NCBI GenBank assembly: GCA_034521615.1
Contig: JAXHME010000021.1
Span: 21,945-85,944, forward strand
DNA: 64,000 nt
Direction of reading: 5' to 3'
Origin: Halobacteriales archaeon
Lineage (GTDB): Archaea > Halobacteriota > Halobacteria > Halobacteriales > Hikarchaeaceae
Position numbers and translations under genes: made by a program. Positions 48,809 to 58,617 of this stretch are shown here, one piece after another. Each line of letters opens with the position of its first letter. Position 1 is the first letter of the stretch. Below the pieces are notes generated by a model. It worked only from the letters and a program-made list of their open reading frames with translations. It searched no databases and was not told where the DNA came from.

Positions 48809-49186
48809 CTACGGCGGCTGGCTGCCGAAGAGCAGCTCCTCGCGCGCCCGCTTCGCGCAGTCCCGGCCGCCCCGGCCGAAGTGGAGCGTGTTCGCGTCGA
48901 CCGGCGCGGAGAGCAGCCCGCCGCCGTCGTTCTCGAAATCGACCTGCTCGAGCTGGAGGTAGCTGATCGAGCCCGAGGAGTAGGTGACGTCGGTGATCTC
49001 CGAGCGGGCGATGGCCTTGTCGTCGAACTTCGAGGGGCCGGCCCGGGCGATGTAGACGTGGTCCGGATAGACGTAGAGGGTGCCGTCCTGGAACGCACAG
49101 ACCAGCTCCGGCTCGGCGTCGACGTCGTCGCGGGGATCCGCCAGGGCGTCGTCGTCGTGGTCCCGGCTCCAGGGCCACCGTACCAT
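48809..49186 (-). CDS. Hypothetical protein (125 aa)
   Basis: ORF with acidic composition. No family is recognisable by eye. Confidence 0.55.
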   Translation of the reverse strand: MVRWPWSRDHDDDALADPRDDVDAEPELVCAFQDGTLYVYPDHVYIARAGPSKFDDKAIARSEITDVTYSSGSISYLQLEQVDFENDGGGLLSAPVDANTLHFGRGGRDCAKRAREELLFGSQPP

Positions 49187-49266
49187 GGCGGGGCGGAGGT
49201 GCGCGAGCGTCGAAAAGCTACCGGGCGGGCGGCAGCCTTAGGGGCCGGCCGCCGTAACGGGCCGGC

Positions 49267-49557
49267 GTGACCGACAACCGCTCGCTCGACGAGTTCGCGG
49301 GGGCCGACGAGCCGGAGGCGGGCGAGCCGGGCGAGGCCGAGGCTATCGACCCCGAGCCGGCTGAACCGGACGAGATTCGAGAGACCGAGCCGGCCGACGA
49401 GCCCGAGGACGAGGGACCGGACGAGCCCGTCGAGCCGATGGCCGAGACCGTCACCTGGTCGTCGGCCGGCGGCGACTGCGCCCGGTGTGGCGCGACGGTC
49501 GAGGAGCGCTGGCGGGACGACGACGCGCTGGTCTGTGGCGACTGCAAGGCCTGGTGA
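49267..49557 (+). CDS. Acidic small protein with C-terminal zinc ribbon (96 aa)
   Basis: GTG 49267. A long D/E/P-rich N-terminus is followed by CARCGATVEERWRDDDALVCGDCKAW. Confidence 0.55.
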   Translation: MTDNRSLDEFAGADEPEAGEPGEAEAIDPEPAEPDEIRETEPADEPEDEGPDEPVEPMAETVTWSSAGGDCARCGATVEERWRDDDALVCGDCKAW

Positions 49558-49710
49558 GCCCGCCCGGCGGCCGTGCCGCAACCCGGGGCCTTATCAGAGC
49601 CCACCCCACCGGTCCCGACAAGCCTATGCGGCGTGCGGACCGGTATCAGGCCACGTGACCACGGCGGCTACCACGCCGCCCCCGTCCCCACGAACGGGGA
49701 CCCCGTATCC

Positions 49711-50691
49711 ATGACAGACGGCACGACAAACCCGACGGCCGTGACGACGACCGACGAGCCGATGCCGGTGGCCGAGGTCGCCGCGGTGGCCGAGGACGTG
49801 ATCGAGAACATCGAGCAGGTCATCGTCGGCAAGCACGACGTCGCCGAGCACATCCTCTCGACGGTGTTCGCCCGGGGGCACCTGCTGCTCGAGGACGTGC
49901 CCGGCGTCGGGAAGACGATGCTGGCCCGTGCGGTCGCGAAGTCGATCGACTGTAGCTTCAAGCGCGTCCAGTTCACGCCCGACCTGCTGCCCTCCGACGT
50001 CACCGGCGTGAACGTGTTCAACCAGCAGACCCGTGAGTTCGACTTCCAGCCCGGGCCGGTGTTCGCCAACATCGTCCTCGGCGACGAGATCAACCGGGCG
50101 CCGCCGAAGACCCAGAGCGCGCTGCTCGAGGCGATGGAGGAGGAGCAGGTGACGGTCGACGGGGAGACCCACCTCGTGCCCCAGCCGTTCACCGTCTTCG
50201 CGACCCAGAACGCGATCGAGCGCGACCGGACCTACGAGCTGCCGGTCGCCCAGGTCGACCGGTTCATGAAGAACCTCCAGCTCGGCTACCCGACGGCCGA
50301 GGAGGAGTCGGAGATCCTCGAGCGCATCGTCGGCTTTCACCCCATCGAGACCCTCGAGGCGGTCACGACCGCCGAGGACGTCCGTCGGGCCCGGGCGACC
50401 GTCGCCCAGGTCGCCGTCGAGGCCCCGGTCCGGGAGTACGCCACGGCCCTCGCCAATCACACGCGCGAACGCGCGGAGCTGGGGGTGAGCCCCCGCGGGA
50501 CCATCCTGCTGCTGCGGGCGAGCCAGGCCCGCGCCGTTCTCGACGGCCGGGACTACGTGCTCCCCGACGACATCCAGGCGGAGGCCGGCCCCGTCCTCGC
50601 CCACCGCATCCGCCGGAACCCCGACGAGCAGATCGGCGAGGGCGGCCGCGAGGTCGTCGAGGCGGCGCTGGCCGAGACGCCGGTCGAATGA
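49711..50691 (+). CDS. MoxR-family AAA+ ATPase
   Basis: ATG 49711. Walker A DVPGVGKT, Walker B VLGDEINRAPPKTQSALLEAMEE. MoxR signature. Confidence 0.9.
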   Translation: MTDGTTNPTAVTTTDEPMPVAEVAAVAEDVIENIEQVIVGKHDVAEHILSTVFARGHLLLEDVPGVGKTMLARAVAKSIDCSFKRVQFTPDLLPSDVTGVNVFNQQTREFDFQPGPVFANIVLGDEINRAPPKTQSALLEAMEEEQVTVDGETHLVPQPFTVFATQNAIERDRTYELPVAQVDRFMKNLQLGYPTAEEESEILERIVGFHPIETLEAVTTAEDVRRARATVAQVAVEAPVREYATALANHTRERAELGVSPRGTILLLRASQARAVLDGRDYVLPDDIQAEAGPVLAHRIRRNPDEQIGEGGREVVEAALAETPVE

Positions 50692-51722
50692 GGCCGACCC
50701 GCCGGGGGTACGTGGTCGTCGCCGCCGTCCTCGTCGCGGCCGCCTCCGCGTCGCTCTTCGGCGCCCGCGGGCTGAACGCCGTCGCGGGCCCCGGCGTGGT
50801 CGCGCTCGGCTACGCCGCGTTCTCGGTCTGGCGCGTCGACGAGCCGACGGTCCGGCGCGAGCTCCCCGAGCGGGGCGTGCAGGGCGGCTCGGTGACGGTG
50901 ACGCTGACCCTCGACGTCGACCGGCCGTACAGCGCCCGGCTCACCGACGCGGTCGGCGACGGCCTGATCGCCACCGGGAACGACCGCCCCGTGACGGTCG
51001 GCGGCGACCCCGTGCGCTACGAGCTGTCGCTGCGCCGGCGCGGCGACCGCGAGGTCGGCCCGGCGACGGTCGAGGCCCGCGACGTGCTCGGGCTCGTCTC
51101 GACCTCGTTCACGGTCGAGGGGACCGACACCGTCCTGGTCCGGCCGCCGGCCTACCCCCTCGCGGGCGCCCGCGCGGACGAGCTGGTCTGGACCTTCGGC
51201 GGCGGGGACGACCGCCGCGAGTTCGACTTCCTCAGGCACTACCGCCGGGGCGACCCGCTGCGGGACATCCACTGGCCCTCGAGCGCGAAGGTGCCCGACG
51301 AGGGGCTCGTCGTGAAGCACTTCAGCGCCGACGAGGACGCCAGCAGCGTCCGCGTCGCCGGCGAAAGCGAGGTCGGCCACGCCGACCAGATGGCGGCCGC
51401 CACGGCGAGCATCGCGGCCCACCTCCTGACCGCGGGCCTCCGCGTCGAGCTGGCGGTCTCCGACACGACGCTCGACGCCCGCGGCGGCCACGAGCAGCGC
51501 GACCGGGTGCTCGACGCGCTCGGGCGCACCCGCGGGGGCACCCTGCGGGAGGGCGACCGGCAGGGGGCCGACGTGCTGATCAGCGCCAGGGAGTCGGGCG
51601 TCACGGTCCGCGTCGCCGACGCCGTCTCGCGGTTCAACGAGGTCGCCGGCCGGGAGATCTCGGTCCCGCCCCGGGACGAGGCCGACGCCGGCCTCGTCGA
51701 GCGCCTGGGGGGCCTCGCGTGA
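50688..51722 (+). CDS. DUF58-domain protein
   Basis: ATG 50688 overlaps the moxR stop. FDFLRHYRRGDPLRDIHWPSSAK is the DUF58 signature. Confidence 0.85.
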   Translation: MRPTRRGYVVVAAVLVAAASASLFGARGLNAVAGPGVVALGYAAFSVWRVDEPTVRRELPERGVQGGSVTVTLTLDVDRPYSARLTDAVGDGLIATGNDRPVTVGGDPVRYELSLRRRGDREVGPATVEARDVLGLVSTSFTVEGTDTVLVRPPAYPLAGARADELVWTFGGGDDRREFDFLRHYRRGDPLRDIHWPSSAKVPDEGLVVKHFSADEDASSVRVAGESEVGHADQMAAATASIAAHLLTAGLRVELAVSDTTLDARGGHEQRDRVLDALGRTRGGTLREGDRQGADVLISARESGVTVRVADAVSRFNEVAGREISVPPRDEADAGLVERLGGLA

Positions 51723-53946
51723 GCACCGCGCTGGGCTCACGGGTCGCCCTCGCCGAGCGGCTGGGGACGGTGCCGACCGCCTACCGGGCGTTCGCGCTGA
51801 CGGGCGCGGCGGTGCTGACGGCGGCGTACCTCGCCGCGCTGTACCACGTCGTCGACGTCGTCGGCGGGCCGGGCGGCATGGAGCTGTTCGTCGCGGTGGT
51901 CGCGGGCTCGCTCGGCCTGGCCATCGTGCTCGCCCGGACGCTCCGGCTGCGCCACGCGGTCGTGCTCGGCGCCGTGCTGCTGGTGGCCGGGCTCGGCGTC
52001 TACCTCGGCTCGATCCCCAGGGGGCGCTGGACGTCGACCGCCAGCTCCAGGACACCATCGCGCTGCTGACCGGGCTCTCGGTGCTCCGGATGACCAAGGC
52101 CGCCGTCTGGGCGCTCGGGTTCACGCCCGGGCCGCTGTTCGTCTCGACCTACCTCTTCGTCCGCAAGCGCTACGCGCTCGGCGTGCTGGTCGGCGGCGGC
52201 GCGCTCGCGTTCTTCATCTCGACGGGCGACGTCGAGGTCGTGCACGGCCTCGTCGGGGCGCTCGGCGCCGTGGCCGCGCTCGGCTTCGGCCGGCTGGACC
52301 GCGAGGGCGGCACGACCGCCCAGCGCGACGCCGTGGTGGCCCTGCTCGTCGCCGTCCTCGTGGTGACGACCTCGGTGAGCCTCGTCCCCGGCGGCCAGGC
52401 CCGGCCGCTGCTGCCGGGCGACACGGGCGCCACCATCGAGAGCAGCCTCGTCGGCGGCGGTGACAGCGTCACGGTGCAGGGCAGCATCGAGCTCTCGCCG
52501 ACGGTGCGGTTCTCGGTCACGGCCGACCGGCCGGCCCGGTGGCGCTCGGGGGCGTTCGACCGCTACACCGGCAGCGGCTGGGTGCGGTCCGGGCAGTCCA
52601 AACCCTACGCCGGGCCGCTCAACCGACCCATCGCGACCGACCGGGTCCGGAACCGCCAGACGTTCCAGGTCCGCTCGGATACCCAGGTGATGCCCGCCGC
52701 CTGGAAGCCGACGCGGGTGACCGAGGGCGCCGACGCCGCGCGGGTGACCTCGATGGGCGCCCTCGAGCCGGCCGGCGGGCTGCGCGAGGGCGACCGCTAC
52801 AGCGTCGTGAGCGTCCAGCCGACGCCGTCGCCGTCGGCGCTCCGGAACGCCGGCACGACGTACCCCGAGGGCCTGGTCGATCGCTACACCCAGCTGCCCG
52901 AGAGCACCCCCGACCGGGTCGGCGAGTTCACCGCGCAGCTGACCGCGGAGGCGGACAACCCCTACGACACCGCCCGGGTCATCGAGCAGTGGCTCGAGGC
53001 GAACAAGGAGTACTCCCTCGAGGTCGACCGGCCCCGCGGCGACGTCGCCGCGAGCTTCATCTTCGAGATGGAGGCCGGCTACTGCACCTACTACGCGACC
53101 GCGATGGTGACGATGCTGCGCTCGCAGGGCATCCCCGCGCGGTTCGTGACGGGCTACACCGCCGGCGAGCAGCTCGGCGAGAACCGCTGGGTGGTCCGCG
53201 GCCTCGACTCGCACGCCTGGGTCGAGGTCTACTTCCCGGGCCAGGGCTGGATCCAGTTCGACCCGACGCCCGCCGGCCCGCGCCGGAGCGCCGAGCAATC
53301 CAGCCTCGCACAGGCCCAGGCCGCCGGCGCGCCCAACGTCGAGGCCGGGGTGAGCACGCCGACCGACCTCACGCCGGCCGAGGGGCCTCAGACCACCGCG
53401 CCCTCGGGCGCGACGCCCGGGGAGGGCGCGGCTGGCAGCGCCGGCACGCCGACCATCCCGCCCGGGCTGCTCGGCGCGGGGGGCGGGGCCGCCGGGGACG
53501 AGGGCGGGCTCGGCGGCGGCCTCCCGGACGGCCAGACGATGCTGTACGGGCTGATCCTCCTGCTCGGGGCGGCGACCGCCGCCCAGCGGACGGGCGCGCT
53601 GGACCGGGCCCGCCGGCTCGTCTGGATCCGCCGGGCCCCCGACGGCCCGCCGCGCCGCCGGGTGGAGGCGACCTTCTCGCGGCTCGATTACCTGCTCGGC
53701 CGGCGCTACCGGCCGCGCCGTCGCGACGAGACGCCGCGGGCCTACCTGGCCGCGCTGCGGTCGCGGATCACCGGCGACGCCGCCTCGGAGGCCGCCGGGC
53801 GGTCCGGCCCCCACGACCGGCGGGTCGATCGGCTGTTCGAGCTCTACGAGCGGGCCCACTACGCGGGCCGGGTCGGCGAGGCCGAGGCCGACCGGGCGTG
53901 GCAGCTCCTCGGGGAGCTCCGCGAGGAGTGGTCGGCCTGGTACTGA
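51719..53946 (+). pseudogene. Transglutaminase-domain membrane protein (TgpA-like), frame broken at 52015-52024
   Basis: GTG 51719 overlaps the DUF58 stop. The N-terminal TM region ends ...GVYLGSIP. The continuation QGALDVDRQLQDTIALLTGLSVLRMTKAAVW... is in the frame of ORF 52081..53946. The transglutaminase core is EAGYCTYYATAMVTMLRSQGIPARFVTGY...DSHAWVEVYF. Confidence 0.8.
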
Positions 53947-54008
53947 GGCGGCGGGAATCGGGGCTCCCGACAGGGTTTAGTAGAGCGGTCGTGTAGTCGC
54001 GTGTCGTA

Positions 54009-54302
54009 ATGGCGGAAGTCTGCTCGACGTGCGGGTTACCCGAGGAGCTGTGCGTCTGCGAGGACGTCGCTCGGGAGTCCCAGGAAATCACCATTCACGT
54101 CGACGAACGACGGTACGGCAAGGAGGTCACGGTCATCCAGGGGTTCGATCCGAAGGACGTGGATCTGGACAGCCTGTCGTCCGACCTGAAGTCGAAGTTC
54201 GCCTGCGGCGGCACGGTGGAGGACGGCTCCATCGAGCTGCAGGGCAACCACACCGGGCGCGTCGAGGACTTCCTGCGCGAGAAGGGCTTCAACCTGGCCT
54301 AA
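54009..54302 (+). CDS. Translation initiation factor aSUI1 (eIF1)
   Basis: 97-aa [21 protein letters not shown] zinc knuckle plus the SUI1 domain (KEVTVIQGF...[11 protein letters not shown]). Confidence 0.9.
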   Translation: MAEVCSTCGLPEELCVCEDVARESQEITIHVDERRYGKEVTVIQGFDPKDVDLDSLSSDLKSKFACGGTVEDGSIELQGNHTGRVEDFLREKGFNLA

Positions 54303-54335
54303 GTCCAGGGCCCGCCGTTAGATCCGACCCACGAG

Positions 54336-54863
54336 CTACAGGTAGCCGTCGGCCCGCGCGACGAGCAGCCCCTCGAGCGTCGCGTCGTTCGCCGGGCGCT
54401 CCCGGGCGGCCTCGATCGCCGCCTCGACCGGCAGCGTCCGCACCTCGATGAACTCGTTGCCCTCCCGGTTCGGCTCGCCCGGCGTCAGCCCCTCGGCCAC
54501 CACGAGGCCGCGCTCGTGGCGGAGGACCCCCGTCGCCACGTCGAACGCCTGCAGGAGCGTGGCCTCCCCGGCCGCGTAGCCGGTCTCCTCGGCGAGCTCG
54601 CGGGCGCCCGCATCCTCGTAGGACTCGCCGTCCTCGACGATGCCCGCCGGCAGCTCGAGGTGGTGCTCGCCGACCACCGGCCGGTACTGCTCGACGAAGA
54701 CGACCTCGCCGTCGAGCAGCGGCACCACGACGACCGCCGGCGGCAGCTCGGCCCAGTAGTAGCGCTTGGTCGAGCCGTCGGGCTGCTCGACCGCGTCGTA
54801 GCCCCCCGTGTACCACGGGTTCTCGTACTCGGCGACCGACTCGCGGACCGGCCAGTCGTGCAT
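54336..54863 (-). CDS. NUDIX hydrolase (ADP-ribose pyrophosphatase-like)
   Basis: ATG 54863. Nudix box GIVEDGESYEDAGARELAEETG. Confidence 0.85.
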   Translation of the reverse strand: MHDWPVRESVAEYENPWYTGGYDAVEQPDGSTKRYYWAELPPAVVVVPLLDGEVVFVEQYRPVVGEHHLELPAGIVEDGESYEDAGARELAEETGYAAGEATLLQAFDVATGVLRHERGLVVAEGLTPGEPNREGNEFIEVRTLPVEAAIEAARERPANDATLEGLLVARADGYL

Positions 54864-54958
54864 GGCCCGGCGTCGGCGGGCCGGCGGGATGAGCCTCCCG
54901 GTGTCTAGCGGCGAAATACTCAAGAAGTGGGGCCTGTAGGGGAAGCCAGACACTTCCC

Positions 54959-56122
54959 ATGCAGGACTACGCAGCCCGGGTCAAGGCCGTGCAGCCGGCC
55001 GCCCCGTTCGTGATCGGCAATCTCGTCACCGAGCTCGAGGAGGCCGGCGAGGACATCGTCGACCTCAGCGTCGGCCAGCCGGACTTCGACACGCCCGAGA
55101 ACATCGTCGAGGCCGCGAAGGACGCGCTCGACGCCGGCCACACGACCTACACCGAGTCCAACGGCATCTCCGCGCTCCGCCGGTCGATCGCCGAGCACAA
55201 GCTCGGAGAGCGGGACGGCCTCGACTACGGCCCCGAGCACATCATGGTCACGCCGGGCGGCAAGCACGCCCTCTACGAGACCATCCAGGCGCTCGTCGAG
55301 CCCGGCGACGAGGTCGTCATGATCGACCCGGTCTGGTCGTCCTACGAGCCGATGGTGAAGCTCGCCGGGGGCGAGCCGGTCCACGTGGACCTGGCGCCGT
55401 ACGACCTCAAGCTCGAGCCGGGGCTCGACGACCTGGCGGCGGCGATCACCGACGACACCGCGCTGGTGATGGTGAACTCGCCGAACAACCCCAGCGGGAT
55501 GGTGTTCTCCGACGCCGCCTTCGACGGCGTCCGGGACCTCGCCGTCGAGCACGACGTCCGGGTCATCTCCGACGAGATCTACAACGAGTTCATCTACTCC
55601 GGCGAGCAGCAGACCAGCCTCGCGTCGCTCGACGGCATGTGGGAGCGCACGATCACCATCAACGGCTTCTCGAAGTCCCACTGCATGACGGGCTTCCGGC
55701 TGGGCTACCTCGCCGCCCCCGAGGCCCTCATCGACCAGGTCGGGAAGGTCCACTCCCACTCGGTCTCGTGTGCGGGCAACTTCATCCAGCACGCCGGCAT
55801 CGAGGCGCTCGAGGGCACCGACACCGACGCCTTCACCGGCGGCATGGTCGAGACGTTCCGCGAGCGCCGTGACCTGCTCGTCGAGCTGTTCGAGGAGCGC
55901 GGCTTCGACATGCCCGTCCCCGAGGGCTCGTTCTACGCGATGATCCCCATCGAGACCGACGACGACATGGACTGGTGCAAGCGCGCCGCCCGCGAGGCGA
56001 AGGTCGGGCTCGTTCCCGGCAGCGCGTTCAACACCCCGGGCTACGCCCGGGCGTCGCTGGTCGACTCCACCGAGCGCATCCAGGAGGGCGTCGACCGGCT
56101 CGCCGACGCCGGCTTCATCTAG
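54959..56122 (+). CDS. PLP-dependent aminotransferase, class I (aspartate aminotransferase-like)
   Basis: 387-aa ORF. NSPNNPSG and the INGFSKSHCMTGFRLGY PLP-lysine region. Confidence 0.9.
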   Translation: MQDYAARVKAVQPAAPFVIGNLVTELEEAGEDIVDLSVGQPDFDTPENIVEAAKDALDAGHTTYTESNGISALRRSIAEHKLGERDGLDYGPEHIMVTPGGKHALYETIQALVEPGDEVVMIDPVWSSYEPMVKLAGGEPVHVDLAPYDLKLEPGLDDLAAAITDDTALVMVNSPNNPSGMVFSDAAFDGVRDLAVEHDVRVISDEIYNEFIYSGEQQTSLASLDGMWERTITINGFSKSHCMTGFRLGYLAAPEALIDQVGKVHSHSVSCAGNFIQHAGIEALEGTDTDAFTGGMVETFRERRDLLVELFEERGFDMPVPEGSFYAMIPIETDDDMDWCKRAAREAKVGLVPGSAFNTPGYARASLVDSTERIQEGVDRLADAGFI

Positions 56123-56535
56123 GCGAACCGCTCGCGGTAGATCCGACCCAGCGCCTGCCGGCGGAGCGTCTCGACGGCGGCGTCGGGCTCGTCCTGGAAC
56201 GTCGCCGCGACCGCCTCGCCACAGAACGGCGCGGCGTGCCAGGCGGCGTTGTCGACGTGCTCGCTGCCGATGACGGTGACCGCGAGATCCGTCGAATCCC
56301 GCCACGCCTCGAACTCCTCGGCCGTCCCGACGGTCACCGCGAGCCGGCCGGCGAACACGACGTCACGGACGGTCTCGACCACCTCGGGCGTCACCCGCTC
56401 CTCGTACTCCTCGCGCGGGAAGCCCATCGCCTTGGTCGCCTCCCGGACGGCGATCTGAGCCGTCGGCCCGGCGGCCTCGAACGCCTGCCGGGCCGCCGAC
56501 GCCGTCTCGAACTCGTCGCTGCCCCGTCGCTCCAC
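56119..56535 (-). CDS. Conserved haloarchaeal hypothetical protein (DUF5791-like; the family name is from memory)
   Basis: 138-aa acidic ORF. Confidence 0.6.
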   Translation of the reverse strand: MERRGSDEFETASAARQAFEAAGPTAQIAVREATKAMGFPREEYEERVTPEVVETVRDVVFAGRLAVTVGTAEEFEAWRDSTDLAVTVIGSEHVDNAAWHAAPFCGEAVAATFQDEPDAAVETLRRQALGRIYRERFA

Positions 56536-56538
56536 GGC

Positions 56539-56922
56539 TCACTCCTCCGCGTCGTCGCCCTGCTCGAACAGCTTGCGGGCCTCCTCGATGACCCGCTCGG
56601 TCTCGGCATCGAGCGTGTCGTCATCGAGCGCCCCGACGTCGAACGGGGCGTCGCCGGGTTCGCTCCGGCCCGCCACGCCGCCGTGGCCCATGCCGCCGCC
56701 CTCGGTGGTGTCCTCGAAGGCCTCGTCGTACTCGGCCTCGTCGGCGTGGGGGACCAGCTCGACCGCCAGCTCCGGCGGCGTCTTGTCCTCCCAGCCGTCG
56801 ACCCGGGCGTCGAGGAACTCGGCGTGGTCGTCGCCGTGCAGCATCGCGGTGAACGCCAGGTGGTTGGCGAGGTGCTCGCCGTCGGCCTGCGGGGCGTCAC
56901 AGACGGGGCAGGCGTAGCCCAT
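56539..56922 (-). CDS. Small acidic protein with N-terminal C2H2-like zinc finger (DUF5810-like)
   Basis: ATG 56922: MGYACPVCDAPQADGEHLANHLAFTAMLHGDDH... Confidence 0.6.
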   Translation of the reverse strand: MGYACPVCDAPQADGEHLANHLAFTAMLHGDDHAEFLDARVDGWEDKTPPELAVELVPHADEAEYDEAFEDTTEGGGMGHGGVAGRSEPGDAPFDVGALDDDTLDAETERVIEEARKLFEQGDDAEE

Positions 56923-57553
56923 GCCGGCGGGGTACGGGGGTCGGGCACAAGGACGCTCCGGTCCCGGGAGGCCCACGTTGGCGGGCGGACAGCCACCCGA
57001 CCGTCGAACGGGCCGCGGTCGACAACGAGGTCCACGGGAACCGGTTCTCCGACAACGTGGAGGGCCCGGTGAAGTTCACCGGACGGAGTTGGGGCCAGGG
57101 GCCTGATGCCCAGCGCGTCATCTGCGGGAACGAGTTCGAAGCGGAGCCACCCGAGTTCGCCAACGCCTCCTGCGCCGACTCCCTATCGGAGGGGGAGGGC
57201 ATTGGCCACACCGTCGGCGCTGGTGATTGAGAGTTCTCCGCAGCGTCGCCTCGGTCAGTTCGAGACGGGCGGGCTGTCGAATGCCTGAGACGCCTCACTG
57301 ATCGACGCCTCGGATTTCGTCGCGATCACGGTAAGCCGGTCACGGGAACTCGAGGGAGAATCAGCGGATTCGGCGGGGTCGCCAGCCAGAGCGCGCTAGC
57401 TCCCGTGCTATCGTACCGGCCGGACGCGTTTTGAAGCCCGTCCGTCGCCGAATTCGATATAGCGACAGCTGGTTCATCGGGCCGGTACCGGCAATCCTAT
57501 CCGCGGTTACTTTACCACCGCCGGCATCGACCGGTCGGTAACGAGGACCGCCA

Positions 57554-58616
57554 GTGACCAGAACGAGCGATTCCGGAGATCCGCCCGACGCCGCCACGAG
57601 CGGCGACGAGGCACGGGTCCTGCTCCTCATGCGTGACAGCCGGGACCGAGAGCTGCTGGCCGAGACGCTCGCCGGGCGGTACGCGGTGGAGGCGACGGCC
57701 GATCCCGAGCGATTGGCGGGGACGTTCGACTGCTGCATCTTCGACCTCGGGCAGTTCGAGGCGGTCGAGGGACAGCTCGCCGAGAGGGTGCCGGATGAGC
57801 CGTCGGCCTTCCTGCCGCTCGTCCTGCTGGTCGCCGACCGCGATGTCGCCTCGCTCCCGGCCGACCACTGGGCCCTCGCCGACGACGTCATCTCGCTGCC
57901 GACGCATCCCGAGGCGATCCAGGCCCGGATCGGGAACCTGGTCGAACGCCGTCTGGCCTCGCTGGCGCTGGCGGAGGAGCGCGCGGCGCTCGAGCGACAG
58001 AACGAGCGCCTCGAGGAGTTCGCGAGCATCGTCTCCCACGACCTCCGGAACCCGCTGAGCGTCGCGGAGGGCTACGTCCAGCTCGGCCTCGACGACGGCG
58101 AGGCGGAGCTCGAGGTCATCGACCGGTCGCTCGGCCGGATGCACGAGATCATCGATGACCTCCTGACGCTCGCGCGGGGCCAGGCCGACGGGGCGGCGTT
58201 CGAGCCGGTCGAGCTGGCCGCCTTCCTCGAGGAGTGCTGGCTGGCCGTCGATACGCCCGAGGCGACGCTCCGGGTCGAGACCGACGCCGCGATCCGCGGC
58301 CAGCCCGGCCGGCTGCGGAAGCCTCTTCGAGAACCTGTTCCGGAACGCCGTCGAGCACGGCGGCGCGGACGTCACGATCGAGGTCGGCCTTCTCGACGGT
58401 GGCCTCTACGTCGAGGACGACGGCCCCGGCATCCCGGCGGCCCACCGGGAGTCCGTCCTCGAATCGGGCTACTCGACCGGCGACGGCGGGACCGGGCTGG
58501 GGCTGGCCATCGTCCGGCGGATCGCCGAGGAGCACGGCTGGACGGTCGAGGTCACGGCGGGGTCGTCGGGCGGGGCCCGCCTCGAGTTCTCGGGCGTCGA
58601 GTTCGAGCAGCCGTAG
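57554..58616 (+). pseudogene. Histidine kinase with N-terminal receiver-like domain, frame broken at 58322-58323
   Basis: GTG 57554. REC-like ARVLLLMRDSRD...CCIFDLG. H-box [16 protein letters not shown]. After ...[11 protein letters not shown] the HATPase domain [21 protein letters not shown]...DDGPGIP...GTGLGLAIV...FEQP continues in another frame to TAG 58614-58616. Confidence 0.8.
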
Positions 58617-58617
58617 C

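Noticed and set aside
56921-57106. 61-aa plus-strand ORF starting at ATG 56921
   Set aside because: Its ATG overlaps the divergent start codon of the neighbouring gene (CATG), which leaves no promoter space. The translation is Arg/Gly/Pro-rich nonsense.
57224-57290. C/D-box sRNA-like arrangement (GTGATTGA ... CTGA about 60 nt apart)
   Set aside because: The putative C box has an extra U relative to RUGAUGA. No C'/D' boxes or terminal stem are evident. It is probably a chance match.
57361-57477. 38-aa minus-strand ORF MNQLSLYRIRRRTGFKTRPAGTIARELARSGWRPRRIR as a transposase or HTH remnant
   Set aside because: It is too short and basic to assign, and no flanking repeats or further transposase-like sequence are present.
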